Made by a program: the position numbers and the translations under genes. From Squalus acanthias (taxonomy: Eukaryota), in the NCBI GenBank assembly GCA_030390025.1, contig CM059425.1:173354001-173418000 (forward strand): DNA of 64,000 nucleotides, read 5' to 3'. Position 1 is the stretch's first letter; every line of letters starts with the position of its first letter. The notes beneath the pieces were generated by a model, which was not told the DNA's origin, searched no databases, and saw only the letters and a list, made by a program, of their open reading frames with translations. Below, piece by piece: positions 37,159-49,975 of the stretch.

Positions 37159-37185
37159 ATCATTAGAAGAAAACCACCGAGTAAG
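37159..37185 (+). CDS. TSLP: TSLP-like cytokine, exon 3 (27-nt, IIRRKPPSK)
   Basis: TTTTCTCTCTTTATTTAG acceptor, AAG|GTAAGA donor, phase 0-0. Confidence 0.68.
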
Positions 37186-37284
37186 GTAAGAGTTAACAGA
37201 ATGTTAATCTAAAGCCTTCCATATATCATAATATTGTGAGATCACGTTATTTTCTAAGAGACAGTAAATAAGCAAGCTGTTTAA

Positions 37285-38455
37285 AACAACAGCAACTTAC
37301 ATTTATATAGTGCCTTTAAGCTTGGTCAAAAAGGTAAGCTTTAAGGAGTGTCTTAAAGGAGGAGAGAGAGGTAGAGAGGTTTAGGCAGCGAATTCCAGAG
37401 CTTAGGGCTTAGATGGGTGAAGGCATGGCCACCAATGGTAGGGCGAAGGTACCAATGGTGGGGGATGCACATGAGGCCAGAATTGGAGGAACACATAGCT
37501 AGAAATGTGTTTGCCCTGAACGCATGTTCAGCTGTGCGAGGTTAAGACAGGGCGTTAGCCCCAGCGTTGAGGGTGAAAATGGCAGCGCTGGCATCATGCA
37601 CGCTGATTGAGTTCATGATCTGCCCACCCTACATACTTTCAGTGCATGCTCCTAATGCCCGCCTTACCGCTCTCACCAGAAGTGTGCGCACACGGCAGAG
37701 ATGCCATTTTTGACACAAAACAGCACCTGTAGCGCTGAAAAAACAGGCGCATGGTGCCGAATTTCTAGCCCACAGAGATCCCTTTAAGCAGCCGCGTGGC
37801 CAAGCAGCACTCTGGAGCTCCCGCGCAGCTGGCTCACCGGCTTTTAAATGGGAAAAAACGTGCATGCACGGTATTTTGAATGGGTCGTGCAGTCCCTTAA
37901 AGGGGACGCACAAAAGGGAACAATGGTGTAGGACTGGAGGAGGTTACAGAGATAGAGAGGGGTGAGCTTGGAGGGATTTGAACACAAGGGTGAGAATTTT
38001 AAAATCAAGGCATTTGTGTGCCAATGTAGGTCAGCGAGCACAGGGGTGATAGTGAACAGATCTTGGTGCAAGTTAAAATATAGGCAGCAGACCTTTGGAT
38101 GAGATTAAGTTTCTGGAGGGTCGAAGGTGGGAGGCTGGCCAGGAGAGCATTGGAATAGTTGAGTGTAGAGGTAAAAAAAAGCATGGACAGGGGTTTCAGC
38201 AGCAGATGGGCTGAGGCGGGGTGGAGATGGGCAATGTTACAGAGCTGGAAGCAGACAGTCTTGGTGATGGAGAGAATATGGGGTCAGAAGCTCAGCTCAG
38301 GGTCAAATAGGACATTGCGGTTGCAAACAGGCTGGTTTAGCCTGAGGCATTTGCCAGGGAGGAGGATGGAATCTGTGGCTAGGGAACAGAATTGTGGTAG
38401 GAGCCGATAACAATGGCTTTGGTCTTCCCAATGTTTAATTGGAGGAAGTTTGGCA
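37285..38455 (-). mobile_element. Degraded L2-like LINE 3' fragment with a small MITE at ~37497-37771
   Basis: ITPVLADLHW motif typical of the L2 RT C-terminus; MITE termini GCTAGAAAT / ATTTCTAGC. Confidence 0.65.
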
Positions 38456-38791
38456 GAATTTGAATGATAAAATTGTGTGTGTAGTAGTGAATCCACATAT
38501 ATGGGATCTTGATATAAATAAATCCCTGACTTATGTTCTGATAAATACAAACTGTTGGCAAGTTCTAACTTTGGCCCTTAGCCATACAGCCAATGATATA
38601 AATGAAAATCAGATAACAAGACATTTTGTTGAGTTTATAACCTATTATCTGGGTCTGTCTGTCCACCATTATCTATTAGATTACTTGATTTTACATATTT
38701 TAGTCATTTTTATGAGATAAACACAGTGTTATTAATAAGGTTAACCAAATTAAATAAATAGCTCCATATTCTAATCAATGTCTTATTTTAG

Positions 38792-38917
38792 AACCCACTA
38801 ACTGCCATTGTATGTGACACATGCAACCTGATTAAAAGAAATGACTTAGCCGGAAAACAATTTGTTCGCAATGTAGAAGAGTCAGTCAAGAACGCATGTG
38901 GTACAGACGTTTGTGAG
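38792..38917 (+). CDS. TSLP: TSLP-like cytokine, exon 4 (helices B and C)
   Basis: TTATTTTAG acceptor, GAG|GTAACT donor, phase 0-0. NPLTAIVCDTCNLIKRNDLAGKQFVRNVEESVKNACGTDVCE aligns by eye with human LTEI..TFN..LAKEMF..WCPG. Confidence 0.78.
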
Positions 38918-39290
38918 GTAACTTTTATTTATCATTTATTTTTTCATTTTTAAGATATACAACTTTCAAAGTTAAAATCAGTTACAATCTTAGATCATGA
39001 CTGATCTTCTACCTCAACTCCACCTTCCCACACTAACCCCATCTCCGTTGATTCCCTAAGTATCCAAAAATCTACTGCTCTCAGGCTTGAATATACTCAA
39101 CGAATGAGCATCCACAGCCCTATTCCAAAAATTCACCACCCTTTGAGTGAAGAAATTTCTCCTCATCTCAGTCCTAAATGGGTGACCCCTTATACTGAGA
39201 CTATGTCCCAGACTCTCCAGCCAGGGGAAACAACCTCCCAGCATTTACCCTGTCAAGCCCCTAAAGAAATTTATACGTTTCAATGAGATC

Positions 39291-41827
39291 ATAAGAACAT
39301 AAGAACATAAGACGTAGGAGCAGGAGTAGGTCATTTGGCCCCTCGAGTCTGCTCCGCCATTCAATAAGATCATGGCTGATCTGATCTTGGCCTCAACTCC
39401 ACTTCCCTGCCCGCTCCACATAACCCGTGACTCCCTTACCTTTCAAAAATCTGTCTATCTCCACCTTAAATATATTCAATGACCCAGCCTCCACAGCTCT
39501 CTGGGGAAGAGAATTCCAAAGATTTACGGCCCTCTGAGAGAAGAAATTCCTCCTCATTTCCGTTTTAAATGGGTGCCCCCTTATTGTGAAATTATACCCC
39601 CAAGTTCTAGATTCCCCCACAAGGGGAAACATCCTCTCTGCATCTACCCTGTCAAGCCCCTTCAGAATCTTATATGTTTCAATAAGATCCCCTCTCATTC
39701 TTCTAAACTCCAATGAGTATAGGCCCAACCTGCTCAAGCTTTCTTCATAAGACAACCCCTTCATCTCTGGAATCAACCTCATGAACCTTCTTTGAACTGC
39801 CTCCAATGCAAGTATATCCTTCCTTAAATAAGGAGACCAAAACTGTACGCAGTACTCCAGGTGTGGTCTCACCAACGCCCTGTACAGTTGTAACTGGACT
39901 TCCCTACTTTTATACTCCATTCTGTTTGCAATAAAGGCCAACATTCCATTTGCCTTCCTAATTACTTGCTGTACCTGCATGCTAACTTTTTGTGATTCAT
40001 GTACAAGGTCCCCCAGATCCCTCTGTACCTCAGCATTTTGTAATCTTTCCCCATTTACATAATAATTTGCTTTTTTATTTTTCCTACCAAAGTGGATAAC
40101 CTTGCATTTTCCCACATTATACTCCATCTGCCAGATTTTTGCCCACTCACTTAGCCTATCTATATCCCTTTGGAGATTCTTTGCGTCCTCCACACAATTT
40201 GCTTTCCCAGCTATCATCAGCAAATTTGGCTACATTACACTCAGTCCCTTCATCCAAGTCATTAATATAGATTGTAAATAGTTGAGGCCCCAGCACTGAT
40301 CCCTGCGGTACCCCACTAGTTACAGTTTGCCAACCTGAAAATGACCCATTTATCCCGACTCTCTGTTTTCTGTTAGTTAGCCAATCCTCTATCCATGCTA
40401 ATATATTACCCCCAACTCCGTGAGCTCTTATCTTGTGAAGTAACCTTTTATGTGGCACCTTATCGAATGCCTTCTGGAAATCCAAATACACGACATCTAC
40501 TGGTTCCCCTTTATCCACCCTGCTCGTTACATCCTCAAAGAACTCCAGCAAATTTGTCAAACATGATTTTCTTTTCATAAAGTCATGCTGACTCTGCTTG
40601 ACTATATTATGATTTTCTAAATGTCCTGCCTGCTATCACTTCCTTAATGATGGACTCCAGCATTTTCCCAATGACAGATGTTAGGCTAACTGGTCTATAG
40701 TTGCCTGCCTTCTGTCTCCCTCCTTTCTTAAATAGGGGCGTTAGATTTGTGGTTTTCCAGTCCACTGGGACCTCTCCAGAATCCAGGGAATTTTGGTAAA
40801 TTACAACCAATGCATCCACTATCTCTGCAGCCACCTCTTTTAAGACCCTAGGATGCAGGCCATCGGGTCCAGGGGACTTGTCAGCCTTTAGTCCCATTAG
40901 TTTGCCTAGTACTTTTTCTCTAGTGATAGTGATTGTTTTACGTTCCCCCCCCCCCCCACCCCAATAGCCCCTTGATTATCCATTATTGGGATGCTTTTAG
41001 TGTCTTCTACCGTGAAGACCGATACAAAATATTTGTTCAAAGTCTCTGCCATTTCCCTGTTTCCCATTATTAATTCCCCAGACTCATCCTCTAGGGGACC
41101 AACGTTTACTTTAGCTACTCTCTTCCTTTTTATATACCTGTAGAAGCTCTTACTGTCTGTTTTTATATTTCTTGCTAGTTTACTCTCATAAGCTATCTTC
41201 TCTCTCTATCATTTTTTTAGTTATCCTTTGCTGTTTTTTAAAGATTTCCCAATCCTCTGGCCTTCCACTATTTTTCGCAACATTGTATGCCTTTGTTTTC
41301 AATTTGATACCATCCTTTACTTCCTTAGTTAGCCACGGATGGTTCATCCTTCTCTTAGAGTCTTTCTTTCCCACTGGAATATATCTTTGCCGAGAGTTAT
41401 GAAATATCTCCTTAAATGTTTGCCACTGCTTTTCTACAGCCTTACCCTATAATATATTTTCCCAGTCCACTTTAACCAAGTCTGCCTTCATACCTTTGTA
41501 ATTACCTTTATTTAAGTTCAGGACACTAGTTTGAGACCTAGCTTTCTCACCCTCAAACTGAATTTGAAATTCTACCATGCTAAGATCACTCTTCCCAAGA
41601 GGATCCTTCACTTCGAGATCATTAATTAATCCAGCCTCGTTACACATTACCAGATCAAAAATAGTCTTCTCCCTGGTTGGTTCCACAACGTATTGTTCCA
41701 AGAAACCATCCCGCATTGACTCTAAGAACTCTTCCTCAAGTCTACCTTTGCCAATTTGCCATGTCCAAACAATATGAAGATTAAACTCTCCCATGATTAT
41801 AGCTGTACCTTTCTTACAAGCCTCTAT
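39291..41827 (-). mobile_element. 5'-truncated CR1 with frameshifted ORF2
   Basis: CATAAGAA tail; ORF pieces from 39393 to 41830 cover RT to endonuclease. Confidence 0.9.
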
Positions 41828-42072
41828 CACCTCTCATTTGTCAAAATCTAGGGAATTTAGGCCTAGTCTACTCAATCTCTCCTCGTAGGATAATCCTTCC
41901 ATCCCAGGAATCAGTCTAGTGAACCTTTGTTGCACTCCCTCGAAGGCAAGTATATCCTTCCTTAGGTAAGGAGACCAAAACTGTATACAGTACTCCAGGA
42001 GTGGTCTCACCAAGGCCCTAAATAATTGCAGAAAGACTTCTTAACTGTTATACTCCAATCCTTTTGTAATAA

Positions 42073-44617
42073 ACATAGAAACATAGAAACATAGAAGATA
42101 GGAGCAGGAGTAGGCCATTCGGCCCCTTGAGCCTGCTCCGCCATTCGATGAGATCATGGCTGATCATCCAAACTCAGTACCCTGTACCTGCCTTCTCCCC
42201 ATATCCCTTGATACCTTTATCTTTAAGAAATATATCTAACTCCTTCTTGAATATATTTAATGACTTGGCCTCAACTACCTTCTGTGGTAGAGAATTCCAC
42301 AGGTTCACCACTCTCTGGGTGAAGAAATTCTTCCTAATTTCTGTCCTAAATGGCTTACCCCTTATCCTTAGATTATAACCCCTGGTTCTGGACTCTCCGA
42401 CCATCGGGAACATTCTTCCTGCATCTAGTTTGTCCAGACCTGTCAGAATTTTATATGTTTCGATGAGATCCCCTCTCATTCTTCTATACTCCAGCGAGTA
42501 TAAGCCCAATCGACCCAATCTCTCCTCATATGTCATTCCTGCCATCCCAGGTATCAGCCTTGTGAATCTTCGCTGAACTCCTTCCATGGCAAGAACATCC
42601 TTCCTCAGATATGGTGACCAAAACTGCACACAATACTCAAGGTGTGGTCTCACCAAGGCCCTGTACAACTGCAGCAGGACAGCCCTGTTCCTATACTCAA
42701 ACCCTTTCGCTATGAAGGCTAACATACCATTTGCCTTCTTCACCGCCTGCTGCACCTGCATGCTTACCTTCAGCGACTGGTGCACAAGGACACCCAGGTC
42801 TCGTTGCACTTCCCCTTCTCCCAATCTATTGCCATTCAGATAATAGTCTGCCTTTCTGTTTTTGACACCAAAGTGGATAACCTCGCATTTATCCACGTTA
42901 TAATGCATCTGCCACGCTTCTGCCCACTCACCCAACCTGTCCAAATCATCCTGGAGTTTCTCGGTATCCTCCTCGCAGCACACACGCCCACCCAGCTTTG
43001 TGTCATCTGCAAACTTGGAGATATTACATTTAATTCCCTTATCTAGATCATTAATGTATATTGTGAATAGCTGGGGTCCAAGGACCGATCCCTGCGGTAC
43101 CCCACTAGTCACTGCTTGCCACTCGGAAAAAGACCCATTAATTCCTACTCTCTGCTTTCTGTCCGCCAACCAGTTCTCTATCCAAGTCAATACCTTGCCC
43201 CCAATGCCATGTGCCTTAACTTTACACGCTAATCTCTTATGCGGGACCTTATCGAAAGCCTTTTGAAAGTCCAAATACACCACATCTACTGGTTCTCCCT
43301 TATCTATTTTCCCAGTTACATCCTCAAAAAATTCCAGTAGATTAGTCAAGCACGATTTACCTTTTGTAAATCCATGTTGACTTTGTCCGATCCTGTCACT
43401 GTTTTTCAAGTGCTCAGCTATTACATCCTTTATAATGGACTCTAGCATTTTCCCCACTACCGATTTCAGGCTTACCGGTCTGTAATTCCCCGCTTTCTCT
43501 CTACCACCCTTTTTGAATAGTGGGGTAACATTAGCTACCCTCCAGTCCATGGGTACAGTTCCAGATTCCATCGAATGTTGGAAGATGATCAGCAATGCAT
43601 CTACTATTTCTAGGGCCACTTCCTTAAGTACCCTAGGATGTAGATTATCAGGCCCTGGGGATTTATCGGTCTTCAATCCCGTCAATTTCCCTAACACCAA
43701 TTCCCTGCAAATACTAATTTCTTTCAGTTCCTCCCTTTCATCAGACCCTATGTTCTCCAACATCTCTGGGAGGTTATTTGTGTCCTCCTTTGTGAAGACA
43801 GAACCAAAATATGCATTTAATTGGTCTGCCATTTCTTTGATCCCCATTATAACTTCCCCCGCTTCTGACTGCAAGGGACTTACACTTGATTTCACTAATC
43901 TTTTGCTCTTCACATATCTATAAAAGCTCTTACAGTCAGTTTTTATGTTCCCTGCAAGCTTACTTTCATATTCTATTTTCCCCTTCTTAATTAATCCCTT
44001 TGTCCTCCTTTGCTGAATCCTAAACTGCTCCCAATCCTCAGGGTTACCGCTTTTTCTGGCCAATTTATATGCCCTCTCCTTGGATCTTATGCTATCCCTA
44101 ATTTTCCTTGTTGGCCACGGTTGAGTCACCCTTTTTGTTTTATTCTTATGCCACACTGGGATGAACAAATTTTGTAGTTCATCCATGCAGTCTTTGAATG
44201 TTTGCTATTGCCTATCCACCGTCAACCCTTTGAGTGACATTCCCCAATCAATCCTACCCAATTCGCGCCTCATACCATCGTAGTTTCCTTTATTTAAATT
44301 CAGGACCCTAGTCTCTGATTCAACTACTTCACTCTCCATCCTAATGAAGAATTCTATCATATTATGATCACTCTGACCCAAGGGGCCTCGTACAACAAGA
44401 TTGCTAATTAATCCTTTCTCGTTACATAATACCCAGTCTAAGATGGCCTGATCACTGGTTGGTTCCTCAACATATTGTTCCAGAAAACCATCCCGTAAAC
44501 ATTCTAGGAATTCCTCCTCCACAGTATTTTTACTAATTTGGTTAGCCTAATCTATATGTAAATTAAAGTCACCCATGATGACTGCTGTGCCCTTACTGCA
44601 TGCTTCTCTAATTTCCC
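42073..44617 (-). mobile_element. 5'-truncated CR1 with a long open RT frame
   Basis: CATAGAAA tail; ORF 42174-44186 (670 aa) has all RT motifs; endonuclease C-terminus at 44205-44617. Confidence 0.92.
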
Positions 44618-46157
44618 TAACATATCATTTGCTTTATAATTGCTTGCTGTACCTGTATGTTAAATTTCTGTGATTTGTGTACAAGGACACCCAGGTCCCT
44701 CTGAATACCAACATTTCCCAATCACTCACCATTTAAAAAATATTCTGCTTTTCTATTTTTACTACCAAATTGGATAACTTCACATTTCTCCACATTATAT
44801 TCCATCAACCATGTTCTTGCCCACTCACTTAACCTGTCTCTCTCCCTTTGCAGCCTCTTTGTATCCTCCTCACAACTTACTTTCCCACCCAGCTTTGTAT
44901 CGTCAGCACACTTGGATACATTACACCCGGTCCCCTCATCTAAGTCATTAATATAGATTGTAAATAGCTGAAGTCCAATAACTGATCCTTGCAGGTACCC
45001 CACTAGTTACAGCCTGCCGACCCGAAAATGAGCCGTTTATTCCTATTCTCTGTTTTCTGTCCATTAACCAATCCTCAATCCATGCTAATATATTACCCCT
45101 AATCCCATGAGCCCTAATTTTGTGTAATAACCTTTTGTGTGGCACCTTATTGAATGCTTTTTAAAAATCCAAATACACTATATCCACTAGTTCCCCCTTA
45201 TCTACCCTGTCAGCTACAACCTCAAAAAACTCTCTAACAGATTTGTCAAACACAATTTCCTTTTCATAAATCCATGTTGACTGTGCCCAATCATGTTATG
45301 ATTTTCTAAGTGCCCTGTTACCATGTCTCTGATAATAGATTCTAGCATTTTCCCTACTACTGATATAATGCTAAATGGTCTCTAGTTCCCTGTTTTCTTT
45401 CTCCCTGCTTTCTTGAATAGTGGGGTTACATTTGTTACCTTCCAATCCGTGGGGACCGTTCTAGAATCTGGAGAATTCTGGAAGATCAAAACCAATGCAT
45501 CTACTATCTCTGCAGCCACCTCTTTTAAAACCCTAGGATCTAGGCCATCAGGTCCAGGGGATTTGTCGGCTTTTAGTCCCATTAATTTTTCCAGTTCTAT
45601 TTCTTTACTAATACTAATTTCTTTGAGTTCCTCATTCTCACTAGAGCCTTGGTTTCCCATCATTTCCGGAATGCTGTTGTGTCTTCTTCCGTGAAGACAG
45701 ATACAAAGTATTTGTGTAATGTCTCTGCCATTTCCTTATTCCCCATTATAATTTCTTCTGTCTCTGCCTGTAAGGGACCCACGTTTACTTTCGCTAATCT
45801 CTTCCTTTTTACATACCTATAGAAGTTTTTACAATCTGTTTTTATGTCTCTTGCTAGTTTACTATTCTATCCTTAATGCAAAGATCCCCAGTCACACCCA
45901 GTGACCACCCTGTGTTTTTGTAGAAATTGTTGATGACTTCCATTTGTTAAATATTTTTGAAATCTCTTATCGGTTTCATCTTACAATTCAAAGAAAAGGA
46001 ATCGAACATCTGTTTCGTTAATCGAACCAGTCCGCGTGCTAAACGTTGTGAATTTGGTAATGAAAGTTAATCGATGTAATTGACAATAAACGATATTGTG
46101 GTGTGTTTTATTCGCAATCGCTCTGATAAAATACATCTATTATTATTTTCTGTTTAG

Positions 46158-46253
46158 CAGATCAGAAAGATCCAATGCCCCAGAGAGCGGAACTTTGAAA
46201 TGATTAAGAAAAGGCTGCACAACAATTGGTATTATCTGGATTTAAACCTGTGA
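46158..46253 (+). CDS. TSLP: TSLP-like cytokine, exon 5 (helix D and stop)
   Basis: TTTTCTGTTTAG|CAG (NAGNAG) acceptor; QIRKIQCPRERNFEMIKKRLHNNWYYLDLNL* with Cys and a helix-D Trp as in the IL-7/TSLP family. Confidence 0.7.
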   Translation, partial: QIRKIQCPRERNFEMIKKRLHNNWYYLDLNL

Positions 46254-46865
46254 ACTTGCAATGATTCAACTTAATAACAACATATTAATGCCTGAATTTG
46301 CTGAAAACTTGCACCATAGTAATGATGCATCTACAGCGTAGGCCATTATTACGGTGCAGGAATTCCAGGAAATTATGGTGTGAGTAACTCATGCTAATAC
46401 TTACGTCACTGTGATCCCCAACATAGACAATTACAGAATCGTGCTGGCGGTTACAGAGTCAGTGAAGTATTCAAATGCTCAGCAGGTTGCTTGAGGGTAA
46501 CATTTTTGCTGGGAACTTCAATTAAGTTTTAAACCGCAATAATAGAATAAGTGTTTTGACAGGCAGGCATGTTCTGTTTTTCCTGTGACATATTATTTTT
46601 ATATTAAAATTTTTATTGAGCATCTGCGCTAAGCATGGATTGCAACTAGTAATGAAATATGGCTAACAATTGCACACTCTTCTGGAGACAATCTAATGCA
46701 TACGGGTCCCATCTTAACGCCAATTTATATACTTATACAGTTTCAGTACAAACTCATCAATCAAATTAAACCCGACCTGGATATTCTGTCCGTACATACT
46801 GCGACCACCCCACATTATCAGAGCGGTGCCATTGCTCTACATACGCCCCTGTTAAATAACCTGTT

Positions 46866-47624
46866 GGCCTGGAATTTGCGGTAGGTAACAACAGCAAACA
46901 AACAATGTTCACTGTTATTACCCCTTTGAAACTGACCGCATGCGCGTCCTAACGCGGAAACCCTGAAGTTGCGGTCAGTCATTCACTGCTCCGTCACTGG
47001 CTGCGTTGTGGCCAACCCCTCTTCCACCCCCATAGCCGGCAATCAGTGCAATCAGTAAAATCAGTGAAACTGATGAAAACTTTAGCTTTTCCACAGTAAT
47101 ATCGCTGTTAAATACCTCATTAAAAGTTAGACCCTTTTGGATTAGGTGTAACTGGAGTTTTAACAGGATATTGACTGCTCAACAAAGGTTATGGCGCTGA
47201 AAAACTAATCTTAATTTTGTGGAGTGTCAAATTTATCCATTTTAATAAAATTGTCAATTTTTAAGAAACTTAGAAAAAAAATGTTTTTTTAAGTTTGTTC
47301 ATCTTTATTTCAGGTTTGCCTTTTCCCCATGTGAGAGCCCCAATCTTTGTTTGCTCTCTATAATATTTTTAAAAAGTCAGAATAAAAGGAACTTATTCAC
47401 TTCCTGGTTCTCGGTCTGTGAGAATTCTGCATTGTGATTGGCTGCTTAGACAGCTTGTTGCCGTCACAGCAGCTCGCGTTAGGGATTCTCCATTAACTTT
47501 GATCACAACTGAACGTCAGAAAAGCCAAACTTCTCGCACAGAGTTCACGAGACCTTTGTGGGAAGCTTACTTCGAGGCCAACGGCAAACGCCTTTGCTTC
47601 ACCGCTGACCGCAAATTACGGGCT
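46866..47624. mobile_element. Harbinger-type MITE
   Basis: TIRs GGCCTGGAATTTGCGGT / ACCGCAAATTACGGGCT; 3-bp TSD GTT. Confidence 0.8.
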
Positions 47625-47861
47625 GTTGTTCCGTTCTGTGTTGGGCACTGGCATCTTGACACCTTGAATGTGTATCAGACATTGGCTGCTCTGCTCCCGA
47701 TCTGCCACTATATCTGCAGCATATTCTAATTAGTTTTCCAGCAAATTGTGGTGTGAATTTGCCACTAGAGGATCAAGGAGCACAACGGTCCAACTTATGG
47801 CGTTCCGCGCCAATATCGCCATTGCAGAGAACTCCAGGCCATTGATTTTCATTGAATTATA

Positions 47862-48297
47862 GGAGTTCAGCGAAGATTCACCAGGCTGATACCTGGGATG
47901 GCAGGAATGACGTATGAAGAGAGATTGGGTCGATTGGGCTTATACTCGCTGGAGTTTAGAAGAATGAGAGGGGATCTCATTGAAACTTATAAAATTCTGA
48001 CAAGACAGGACAAACTAGATGCAGGAAGGATGTTCCCAATGGTCGGGGAGTCCAGAACCAGGGGTCACAGTCTAAGGATAAGGGGTAAGCCATTTAGGAC
48101 AGAAATGAGGAGGAATTTCTTCACCCAGTGTGGAATTCTCTGCCACAGAAGGCAGTAGAGGCCAATTCATTAAATAGATTCAAGAAGGAGTTGGATATAT
48201 TTCTTAAGGCTAAAGGGATCAAGGGATATGGGGAGAAAGCAGGGACAGGGTACTGAATTTGGATGATCAGCCATGATCGCATTGAATGGCGGAGCAG
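47862..48297 (+). mobile_element. CR1 3' fragment
   Basis: RT C-terminus (YSLEFRRMRGDLI) and CTATGATT tail. Confidence 0.9.
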
Positions 48298-49907
48298 GCT
48301 AGAGGGGCCGAATGGCCTACTCCTGCTCCTATCTTCTATGATTCTATGATTCTATGAATTATGGTTGCATTCCACAATTTACTCATTTGATTACTACAAT
48401 TATTCACCTATTTAGATCAATGTTTTGATGTTTGCAGATACGGAGGATGCAGTATTTGAATAGATTATAGCAGAGAGATGCTATCAACAGTGCGTAGTTG
48501 CTCCATCTTGCGACTTCTCTGCCCGACCACATCCAAAATATAATTGCTACTCAGTAACTGGCTGCTGGTAGAGTACCTCAGAACCTCACAAACGTGAGCT
48601 AACAGATTATCATCAGGGAAAATTGAGTTGAGTTATTAAACATAAGCCAGAGAAACTGCTTATTTCAAAATTTGAAATGGCTGGTCTTTTTATAATTTTA
48701 ATAGTTTTTATAATTGTTAACATTTTTATAATTTAAAAATAGAAAAATTAAAGAATACAAACTTAAAAAAAAAATGTGTAAGTTGTAATAATTGGTGACT
48801 TAAAATAAGACTAAGGAATCAGTTAATGTGGCTTCAATGAAAAGGAAAGTATCGACTTGGTTGTTTTCACCGATGAGATTTCCCTTTGATATATAGTTTG
48901 TAATTGATTTTAATGAGGAAATACATCATACTGATTTTCCAGAGCATTTTATACACAGTTCAGTGTTTGCAAATGTATCATGAGGAAAATCAGTCCAGTG
49001 GCTACTTTCATTTTTAAAAATGTACAATTTTCACAATTTTAAAGTTTAAAATCTGAAATTTGTTAGTAATTCTTTTGCTATGTTTTATATTAAAATATAT
49101 ACTTACTTTTTATAGCCAGAGACACCATTTATTTTTGTGTTGCTTAAACATATTGCACAAACTATCTATCAGAAGTGCTAATTAATATATACAGTGATAT
49201 TGATGTAGTTTTATTCAGCAGAGCAAGGCAATAAGGATAACAATGTAGGAGTTTTATTTAATGCTACCAACCTACTAAGTCTTAATTTATTGAAAGCAGA
49301 TAATAAGTTACAACCACCTGTGTGCTAGTTTCAGCATTTTCTGTATTAATTGTAAATCCATTTGGAATAATCTTATTAACATTTAAGTATTTGGAGTTTT
49401 ATGGAGTCTTGGAACATTTAAATGTGCATTTATTATTAAAGAACACAAAATACAGAGAGTGAATCTGTGGGAATTTTTTTTATAAAACATCTCCTTGGTT
49501 TTCAGGTAAACTTCATTAATTTTCAATCTAACTTTATTATAAAAAAGAAAACAGAACTCACTGGCATGGACCTGTAGGGCCGAATGGCCTGTTTCTGTGC
49601 TGTAAATACAATGTAACATAAATGACAAAATATGTGGAAAAGAGGATTGATAGCTCAGTTTGAAATATTACAGTTTATCGTACATCATACAAATTAAGAA
49701 AACTAAGTGCATTTAATGAAATTCCCGAATTTCAATAGATCGACTGAAGCATAATCATAAGCATAGATGAAAATCTTGTCAACTTACTTCAGATGTGACA
49801 GCAAACCAATGCATAGCAAGTTCCATCATTTATGTTCCCATCTCAGGAACATAAGAACAGGAGTAGACCATTCAGCCCTTTGAGCCCATTCCACAATTCA
49901 ATTAAAT

Positions 49908-49975
49908 CAGTGGTTCTCAAACTGGGGTCCGCGGCCCCGGGAAGTCTGTGGAGACGTTCCAGGGGGTCCGGGAAT
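49908..49975 (+). mobile_element. Possible hAT-type transposon terminus
   Basis: CAGTGGTTCTCAAACTGGGGTCCG resembles hAT/Charlie ends; no partner end found. Confidence 0.4.

Larger units (their letters stand above)
38990..45870 (-). mobile_element. Older CR1 in three pieces (38990-39290, 41828-42072, 44618-45870), split by two younger CR1s
   Basis: RT sequence is colinear across the two insertions (GAGATCA|CCTCTCATT and GTAATAAA|AACATATCATTTG). Confidence 0.8.
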
